A stretch of 64,000 nucleotides of DNA, taken from Clostridiaceae bacterium (lineage in GTDB: Bacteria; Bacillota; Clostridia; Acetivibrionales; DULL01). Below the pieces are notes generated by a model, which searched no databases, was not told the DNA's origin, and saw only the letters and a program-made list of their open reading frames with translations. This document shows, piece by piece, positions 57,931 through 64,000 of this stretch (position 1 is the first letter of the stretch; every line of letters begins with the position of its first letter). The DNA is taken from the NCBI GenBank assembly GCA_012840395.1, contig DULL01000110.1, positions 10,002 through 74,001 of the forward strand, written 5' to 3'. A program made the translations under genes and the position numbers.

Positions 57931-58363
57931 TATTCGGCATATCTCTAAAAATATCTGGAAAAATATCTGGCCCATTAGATAACATATAACTAACTAATAA
58001 GGTGTATAGTACAATAATTATTATAATATAGCAGATTTTTGCAATAATTGCCGCACCTGAAAACTTAAAAAACCTGTTCATGTTGTATAAAGCCATGGCA
58101 ATATGATTGGTATTCCTGACAGAAATGTATCTGTTTAGTTCATCGGCAGCATTAAGCAGTTTAATACCTGCTATAATCTGTGGTATACCGATTACTGCAG
58201 TTATTATACCAAAGCATGTAATTGCTCCGGTGATAATATCTATTATTGCCTTAAAGGTAGCCCATTTTACCAAAGATTTAATATCTGCCATATTCAATGG
58301 TATAGTGAATACATTATGAGGTTCATCATTAAACATACCGTAATTAAAATTCATATCTTCCAT
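57920..58363 (-). CDS. Hypothetical small membrane protein (3 predicted TM helices)
   Basis: 147 aa with AAGGGGG 7 nt upstream of the ATG. Hydrophobic segments are AIIDIITGAITCFGIITAVIGIPQIIAGI and AAIIAKICYIIIIIVLYTLLVSYML. The 3' end overlaps rluB by 11 nt (convergent). Confidence 0.6.
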   Translation of the reverse strand: MEDMNFNYGMFNDEPHNVFTIPLNMADIKSLVKWATFKAIIDIITGAITCFGIITAVIGIPQIIAGIKLLNAADELNRYISVRNTNHIAMALYNMNRFFKFSGAAIIAKICYIIIIIVLYTLLVSYMLSNGPDIFPDIFRDMPNIRF

Positions 58364-58433
58364 AATATTACCCCCTTAATATTACACATAAAAATTATAT
58401 CATAAAAATTTATACTAATATATTGATATTTTT

Positions 58434-58462
58434 TTGACAAACTTAAAATAAAAGTTTAAAAT
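58434..58462 (+). promoter_or_regulatory. Sigma-A promoter candidate (TTGACA-17-TAAAAT)
   Basis: TTGACA at 58434-58439 and TAAAAT at 58457-58462, upstream of the methyltransferase gene. Confidence 0.45.
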
Positions 58463-58546
58463 ATAATTGTATGTATTTTAATACATTATTGTTTTTGCGA
58501 AAATATAGTGGGTAATAAGTATTTGAGGAGTATTTAAGGAGTATTT

Positions 58547-59119
58547 ATGGTAATTAAAAATTCGCTTAAACAATCTCATGATATTATAAAAAATGTAGTT
58601 GGAAAGGGCGACCTGGTTATTGATGCGACTGCAGGAAACGGAAATGATACTCTTATGCTTGCACAGCTTGTAGGTGATGAGGGAAAAGTTTATTCCTTTG
58701 ATATACAGGACCAAGCCATTTCCAATACTATAAAAAAACTGCAGGAAAATGGACTGCTCAACAGAGTCAGCGTGGTTAAAGATGGACATCAGAATATGGA
58801 CAAATATGTTAAAGACAGTGTAAAAGCAGTCATGTTTAACTTAGGTTATCTTCCTGGAGGAGATCATAATATTGCCACGAAAGGAGAAACAACAATTATA
58901 GCTTTGAAAAAAGCCATGGAACTTCTGATGATTGGAGGAATAATCACCATTGTTATTTATTATGGGGGTGACAGTGGTTTTGAAGAGAAGGATATATTGC
59001 TGGATTTCTTGCCAACCATTAACAGCAAGCAATATACAGTAATGAAGACTGAGTTTATTAACCAACCAAATTGTCCCCCAATACTTGTTTGTATAGAAAA
59101 AATTAATGTTGCAAATTAA
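58547..59119 (+). CDS. Class I SAM-dependent methyltransferase, YtqB/MnmM-like
   Basis: 190 aa. SAM motif VIDATAGNGNDTLMLA, then YSFDIQ and NLGYLPGGD, as in Bacillus YtqB (tRNA mnm5s2U methyltransferase MnmM). Confidence 0.75.
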   Translation: MVIKNSLKQSHDIIKNVVGKGDLVIDATAGNGNDTLMLAQLVGDEGKVYSFDIQDQAISNTIKKLQENGLLNRVSVVKDGHQNMDKYVKDSVKAVMFNLGYLPGGDHNIATKGETTIIALKKAMELLMIGGIITIVIYYGGDSGFEEKDILLDFLPTINSKQYTVMKTEFINQPNCPPILVCIEKINVAN

Positions 59120-59300
59120 AAATTTTTAAATTAAAATATAATGGGATATTTTGTTGATTTAGTGGCAATGTTTTAATAAATATTAATATTTTATGAGTTA
59201 CAACAGAGATAAATTTGTTTTTTTTTTGCTAAATGAAGAGACTTATATTTGTAACAAAATATATGCAACAATACTAAAAATAATACGAGGTGGGTGACCT

Positions 59301-60851
59301 ATGGCAACGAGTGACAAAATAAATCAACTCTACGCGAAGATTGAACAGATCGAACAGGGCGGCGGTTCTGATAAGATTGCCAAACAGCATGAGGGAGGCA
59401 AGTTAACTGCCAGAGAAAGAATTAAACTGCTTTTTGATCCGGATAGCTTCGTTGAAGTAGATGCATTTGTAGAAACAAGAAGTACCGAATTTGATATGCA
59501 GAAGAAAAAAGTTCTTGGTGATGGTGTTGTTACAGGCTATGGTACTATTGATGGAAGGCCTGTTTTTGTTGCTAGTCAGGACTTTACAGTAATAGGCGGA
59601 TCTCTTGGTGAGATGCATGCCAGAAAGATTATAAAAGTTATGGATATGGCAATGAAAACCGGTACTCCGTTTATTAGTATTAATGACTCAGGTGGAGCAA
59701 GAATAGAGGAAGGATTGGACTCATTGTCTGGCTACGGGGATATCTTTTACAGGAATACTCTTGCATCAGGAGTTATACCCCAGATTTCAGTTATAATGGG
59801 ACCTTGTGCCGGAGGAGCAGTATATTCACCTGCAATTACAGATTTTATTTTTATGGTTGATAAAACAAGCCAGATGTTTATAACAGGACCTCAGGTAATA
59901 AAAGCAGTTACCGGTGAAGAAGTTACTCTCGAAGAACTAGGTGGAGCGTCAGTACATACTTCTGTCAGCGGTGTTGCTCATTTCAAATCATCCAATGAAG
60001 AAGAATGTATAGCCAGCATTAAAAAGCTCCTTAGCTACTTACCGGATAATAATTTATCAGATCCTCCTGTATATGTAAGCAATGATGATATTAACAGGAT
60101 TTCTGAAGAGTTAAACGAGATAATTCCTTCTGATTCAAATAAACCATATGACATGCTCGATATTATCTCCAGAGTTGTTGATAATGGTGAAGTTTTTGAA
60201 ATACAAAAGGATTTTGCAAAGAATATAATCATAGCTTTTGCCAGAATGAATGGCAAGACGGTTGGTATTGTAGCAAATCAGCCAAATGTACTGGCAGGTT
60301 CATTAGATGTAAATTCATCAGATAAAGCAGCCAGATTTGTCCGTTTTTGTGATTCTTTTAACATTCCGATTGTTACCTTTACAGACGTTCCGGCATTTCT
60401 TCCGGGAGTTGGACAGGAGCATGGAGGTATAATCAGGCACGGAGCCAAATTACTATATGCCTTTTCTGAAGCTACGGTTCCAAAGGTAAATGTTATAGTA
60501 AGAAAAGCTTATGGTGGGGCCTATATAGCAATGAACAGCAAAACTATAGGCGCCGATATGGTATTTGCATGGCCAACTGCAGAAATTGCGGTAATGGGAC
60601 CAGAAGGAGCTTCTAACATTATATTCAAGAAGGAGATTGCTTCAGCTGATGATCCAGTTGAAATGAGAAATCAAAAGATTCAGGAATACAGGGATAAGTT
60701 CTCAAATCCCTATGTAGCTGCAGCACGTGGATATGTTGATGATGTTATTGAACCAGCAACTACAAGATTAAGAGTAATAAGCGCTCTGGAAATGCTTTCC
60801 GGAAAACGTGAAAACAGGCCTGCAAAAAAACACGGAAATATTCCGCTTTAA
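59301..60851 (+). CDS. Acyl-CoA carboxyltransferase (methylmalonyl-CoA carboxyltransferase 12S / MmdA / PccB family)
   Basis: 516 aa. Both carboxyltransferase halves are present (GKLTARERI..; [11 protein letters not shown]; [11 protein letters not shown]). Confidence 0.9.
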   Translation: MATSDKINQLYAKIEQIEQGGGSDKIAKQHEGGKLTARERIKLLFDPDSFVEVDAFVETRSTEFDMQKKKVLGDGVVTGYGTIDGRPVFVASQDFTVIGGSLGEMHARKIIKVMDMAMKTGTPFISINDSGGARIEEGLDSLSGYGDIFYRNTLASGVIPQISVIMGPCAGGAVYSPAITDFIFMVDKTSQMFITGPQVIKAVTGEEVTLEELGGASVHTSVSGVAHFKSSNEEECIASIKKLLSYLPDNNLSDPPVYVSNDDINRISEELNEIIPSDSNKPYDMLDIISRVVDNGEVFEIQKDFAKNIIIAFARMNGKTVGIVANQPNVLAGSLDVNSSDKAARFVRFCDSFNIPIVTFTDVPAFLPGVGQEHGGIIRHGAKLLYAFSEATVPKVNVIVRKAYGGAYIAMNSKTIGADMVFAWPTAEIAVMGPEGASNIIFKKEIASADDPVEMRNQKIQEYRDKFSNPYVAAARGYVDDVIEPATTRLRVISALEMLSGKRENRPAKKHGNIPL

Positions 60852-60892
60852 GATTAGGTTTATAAAGTGATTATAATTTTAGGAGGTTTATT

Positions 60893-61324
60893 ATGAAAAA
60901 GTTTTTGATAAAAGTTAATGGCACTCAATATGAAGTAGAAGTTGAGGAGATTAGAGAACAAGGTAGTAATATAGATATTGTAAGTCAAGCAAGAGCATCC
61001 ATGCCTTCACCTGCACCAGCACCAAAAGCCGTACCAGAACCGGCTGCTGCACCAAAGCCTGCACCAGCGGCTCCAAAAGCAGAATCAGCAAGCAAATCTG
61101 TACCAACTGGGGCTAAGACAATTACAGCACCAATGCCTGGAACAATATTGGATATCAACGTAAATGTTGGTGATAAAGTAAAGAAAGGTCAGGTTCTGCT
61201 TATTCTTGAAGCTATGAAGATGGAAAATGAAATAGTTGCACCTTTTGAAGGTACAGTGGCTTCAATTAATACATCAAAGGGAGCTACTGTTAATGCAGGA
61301 GATGTTCTGGTATCTATTTCCTAA
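60893..61324 (+). CDS. Biotin carboxyl carrier protein (1.3S-like)
   Basis: N-terminus MKKFLIKVNGTQYEVEVEE resembles the Propionibacterium 1.3S subunit. An Ala/Pro-rich linker and the biotinylation motif EAMKMENE follow. Confidence 0.9.
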   Translation: MKKFLIKVNGTQYEVEVEEIREQGSNIDIVSQARASMPSPAPAPKAVPEPAAAPKPAPAAPKAESASKSVPTGAKTITAPMPGTILDINVNVGDKVKKGQVLLILEAMKMENEIVAPFEGTVASINTSKGATVNAGDVLVSIS

Positions 61325-61351
61325 ATTAAGATAAAGAAGGAGGCGAAAGCC

Positions 61352-62749
61352 ATGGCAAAGGTTAGAATTACAGAAACAGTCCTTAGGGATGCTCATCAAT
61401 CTTTGATAGCTACTAGAATGAGAACCGAAGAAATGCTTCCCATCCTGGAAAAATTGGACAAGGTCGGATATTTTTCCTTAGAAGCCTGGGGTGGGGCAAC
61501 TTTTGACGCTTGCCTTAGGTTCTTGAATGAGGATCCTTGGGACAGATTAAGGAAAATAAGAAGTGCAGTAAAAAATACTAAACTTCAGATGTTATTAAGA
61601 GGTCAGAACCTTCTTGGATATAAGCACTATGCTGATGACGTGGTAGAATATTTCGTGCAGAAAGCAGTTGCAAACGGTATTGATATTATCAGAATTTTTG
61701 ATGCGCTGAATGACTTAAGAAATTTGGAAACTGCAATAAGAGCATGTAAAAAAGAGGGAGGACATGCTCAAGGCTGTTTTAGCTACACCATAAGTCCCGT
61801 TCATGATCTTGAACTTTTTGTAAAAGATTCCAAGCAGTTAGTTGAAATGGGTGTTGACTCTATTTGTATTAAGGATATGTCAGGAATCCTTACACCTTAT
61901 GTAGCATACGACCTTGTAAAAGCATTAAAAGAAAATGTAAAAGTACCCATTCAGCTTCATACCCATTATACAAGTGGAGTTGCTTCTATGACATATCTAA
62001 AGGCAATTGAAGCTGGTTGTGATATTGTTGATTGCGCTATATCACCTATGGCAATGGGAACTTCACAGCCTCCCACAGAGCCTCTTGTTGCCACATTGAA
62101 AGATACACCCTATGATACAGGGCTGGATCTTGATTTGTTAAGTGAGATTGCAGACTATTTCAGACCGTTAAGGGAGAAATATCTGGCTAGCGGGCTTCTT
62201 AATACAAAGGTAATCGGAGTTGACATTAATACACTCAGATACCAGGTTCCCGGAGGTATGTTGTCTAACTTGGTATCACAATTAAAGCAGGCTAATAAAG
62301 AAGATAAATTCAATGAAGTATTGCAGGAAGTACCAAGAGTAAGGAAAGATTTTGGTTATCCTCCGCTTGTTACACCTACCAGCCAGATTGTTGGAACTCA
62401 GGCTGTTATGAATGTAATAACCGGTGAAAGATACAAGATGGTACCAAAAGAGTCCAAAGCTCTTGTAAAAGGGGAATATGGCAAGACTCCTGCTCCTATT
62501 CCCGAAGAAATAGTAAATAAAATACTCAAGGGAGAAGAGCGTATTACTTGCAGACCTGCAGATTTAATAGAGCCTGAACTGGATAGCATAAAAGAGAAAA
62601 TGAAAGGTTACATGGAGCAGGACGAAGACGTTTTAACATATGCTTTATTCCCTCAGGTTGCTGAGAAATTTTTCAAGGATCGTCAGGCCCAAAAATATAA
62701 AATAGATAGTGGCTTAGTTGATTATGAAAATAGAGTGCATCCCGTCTAA
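61352..62749 (+). CDS. Oxaloacetate decarboxylase alpha / transcarboxylase 5S-type carboxyltransferase (no biotin domain)
   Basis: N-terminal ITETVLRDAHQSL TIM-barrel motif, plus KDMSG and HTHYTSG metal and carbamyl-lysine contexts. 465 aa, ending before any biotinyl domain. Confidence 0.9.
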   Translation: MAKVRITETVLRDAHQSLIATRMRTEEMLPILEKLDKVGYFSLEAWGGATFDACLRFLNEDPWDRLRKIRSAVKNTKLQMLLRGQNLLGYKHYADDVVEYFVQKAVANGIDIIRIFDALNDLRNLETAIRACKKEGGHAQGCFSYTISPVHDLELFVKDSKQLVEMGVDSICIKDMSGILTPYVAYDLVKALKENVKVPIQLHTHYTSGVASMTYLKAIEAGCDIVDCAISPMAMGTSQPPTEPLVATLKDTPYDTGLDLDLLSEIADYFRPLREKYLASGLLNTKVIGVDINTLRYQVPGGMLSNLVSQLKQANKEDKFNEVLQEVPRVRKDFGYPPLVTPTSQIVGTQAVMNVITGERYKMVPKESKALVKGEYGKTPAPIPEEIVNKILKGEERITCRPADLIEPELDSIKEKMKGYMEQDEDVLTYALFPQVAEKFFKDRQAQKYKIDSGLVDYENRVHPV

Positions 62750-62776
62750 ATAAATTTAAAAGATTATAGGAAAAAA

Positions 62777-62810
62777 GGGGTTAGTTCTTTGAACTAGCCC
62801 CTTTTTATTT
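62777..62810 (+). terminator. Rho-independent terminator after the carboxyltransferase operon
   Basis: ggggttagttc-ttt-gaactagcccc hairpin followed by tttttattt. Confidence 0.8.
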
Positions 62811-62892
62811 GATTTTTGAGATAAATATATGCAATAATACATATATAAAGTTTTTTTATAAAAAATATACTGAGAGGAGATAAGGGACTCTT

Positions 62893-63798
62893 ATGGAGAA
62901 TAAAACCCAGGATTTAGTAGCAAAAATAAAAAATGGGATGAGAGACTTCAGTAAAGGCCAGAGGATGATAGCAGATTATATATTAAATAACTATGACAAA
63001 GCTGCATATTTAACTGCCGCAAAACTAGGAGAGGCAGTAGGTGTCAGCGAGTCTACAGTTGTAAGATTTGCTGTTGAGCTTGGATTTGAAGGGTACCCGA
63101 AACTTCAGAAAGAAATGCAGGAAATGGTAAAAAGCAGACTAACTTCTCTTCAAAGGTTTGAAATGGCATCCAGCAGAATAAGTGAAGAAAATATCTTAAA
63201 GAGTGTATTGCAACTGGATATGGAAAAAATAAAGCTAACAATGGAAGAAATAAATAAGGAAAGTTTTGAAAGAGCAGTGGAGAAGCTATTGAAAGCAAAA
63301 AAGATTTATATTCTTGGAGTGAGGAGTTCAGCGGCATTGGCAAGTTTTCTGGGCTTTTATTTTAATCTGCTTTTTGATAATGTCAGATTGATACATACCA
63401 CCAGTGTAAGTGAAATGTTTGAGCAAGTTATGAGGGCTTCTGAGGGGGATGTGGTGGTAGGTATAAGTTTTCCCAGGTATTCAAAAAGAACTGTAAAAGC
63501 AGTCCAGTATGTAAAAAGTCAGGGAGCCACAGTGGTTGCAATAACTGACAGCAAGGACTCTCCATTGGCCAATTATGCTGATGAACTACTAATTGCAAGG
63601 AGCGATATGGCTTCTTTCGTAGATTCCCTGGTTGCTCCGCTAAGCGTTATAAATGCCCTTATTGTAGCAATAGGAATTAAGAAAAAAGATGAAATCTATC
63701 AAGTATTTGATAAATTGGAAAGAATATGGGATGAATACCAAGTATATGAGAAATATGATGAAGATTATCAAACTCATAGAAAGGTTGAACCATTATGA
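62893..63798 (+). CDS. RpiR/MurR-family transcriptional regulator (HTH_6 + SIS)
   Basis: N-terminal HTH ([21 protein letters not shown]) and a SIS domain ([15 protein letters not shown]). Confidence 0.88.
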   Translation: MENKTQDLVAKIKNGMRDFSKGQRMIADYILNNYDKAAYLTAAKLGEAVGVSESTVVRFAVELGFEGYPKLQKEMQEMVKSRLTSLQRFEMASSRISEENILKSVLQLDMEKIKLTMEEINKESFERAVEKLLKAKKIYILGVRSSAALASFLGFYFNLLFDNVRLIHTTSVSEMFEQVMRASEGDVVVGISFPRYSKRTVKAVQYVKSQGATVVAITDSKDSPLANYADELLIARSDMASFVDSLVAPLSVINALIVAIGIKKKDEIYQVFDKLERIWDEYQVYEKYDEDYQTHRKVEPL

Positions 63799-64000
63799 GA
63801 AAAAGGGTTGTCGTGGTAGGCGGGGGTGCTGCCGGATTAATGGCGGCAGGAAGAGCAGCAGAAAGAAATAATGAAGTAATCTTATTGGAGAAAAATAACA
63901 GGCTGGGTAAGAAATTGCTCATATCTGGAAAGGGCAGGTGCAATATTACCAATGCCTGTGACATTGAAGAATTAATTGAAAATATACCTGGAAACGGAAA
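63795..64000 (+). CDS. HI0933/BaiN-like NAD(P)/FAD-dependent oxidoreductase, N-terminal fragment (runs off the right edge)
   Basis: Not in the track because no stop falls in the window. Translation is [53 protein letters not shown]... with the GxGxxG dinucleotide fold and GKGRCN motif. The ATG overlaps the rpiR stop (ATGA). Confidence 0.8.
   Translation, partial: MRKRVVVVGGGAAGLMAAGRAAERNNEVILLEKNNRLGKKLLISGKGRCNITNACDIEELIENIPGNG

Noticed and set aside
59257-59274. An 18-mer, aaatatatgcaacaatac, upstream of the carboxyltransferase operon resembles aaatatatgcaataatac at 62823-62840 upstream of rpiR (17/18). This could be a shared RpiR operator.
   Set aside because: A rough estimate for AT-rich sequence of this length predicts many 17/18 matches by chance. 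The motif has no dyad symmetry or repeat structure.
1-64000. Looked across the window for CRISPR arrays, IS or transposase genes, integrases other than xerD, phage genes, restriction-modification, toxin-antitoxin pairs or other defence-island signatures.
   Set aside because: None found. No spaced direct-repeat arrays and no transposase, integrase or phage-like ORFs. Every sizeable ORF is accounted for by housekeeping, sporulation or sugar-uptake functions.

Overview
This is a low-GC chromosomal segment from an endospore-forming Firmicute. The gene content and order look Clostridia-like, but that taxonomic guess is an inference. About 58 protein genes and 2 tRNA genes are supported, nearly all on the plus strand. 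Most of the window is conserved housekeeping and sporulation backbone. It includes ftsK/spoIIIE, rny, ymdB, spoVS, lspA, rluD, rpsO, pnp, an M16 peptidase, dpaA-dpaB, a gerA-type germinant receptor operon, proC, rnhA, spoIIM, xerD, a dac gene, lysA, trpS, scpA-scpB, ytfI-ytfJ and rluB. The one clearly accessory stretch (about 19.7-35.4 kb) holds a NanA-like aldolase and two diverged paralogous modules. Each module has a YesM/YesN-type two-component system and a CUT2 (ribose-type) sugar ABC transporter. I found no CRISPR array, IS element, prophage, recognisable defence island or toxin-antitoxin pair, and cannot point to a clear-cut new system. The most interesting items are listed here. (1) A structured, GC-rich ~85-nt intergenic repeat with a compensatory stem change; two of its copies bracket an HD-phosphohydrolase/amidohydrolase pair next to an enlarged CofE-like ligase. 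(2) Three phased 11-bp WalR/PhoP-type direct repeats between a LysM L,D-transpeptidase gene and a VIT-family gene. (3) A perfect 16-bp anti-Shine-Dalgarno inverted repeat in front of lysA. (4) scpA, and possibly rny, appear to start at an ATA codon placed behind a strong SD. (5) A 59-codon two-TM ORF after gerC that the ORF track missed. (6) A 12S/1.3S/5S transcarboxylase-like operon with no membrane subunits. All coordinates, alignments and counts were worked out by eye from the sequence; no database search was run.
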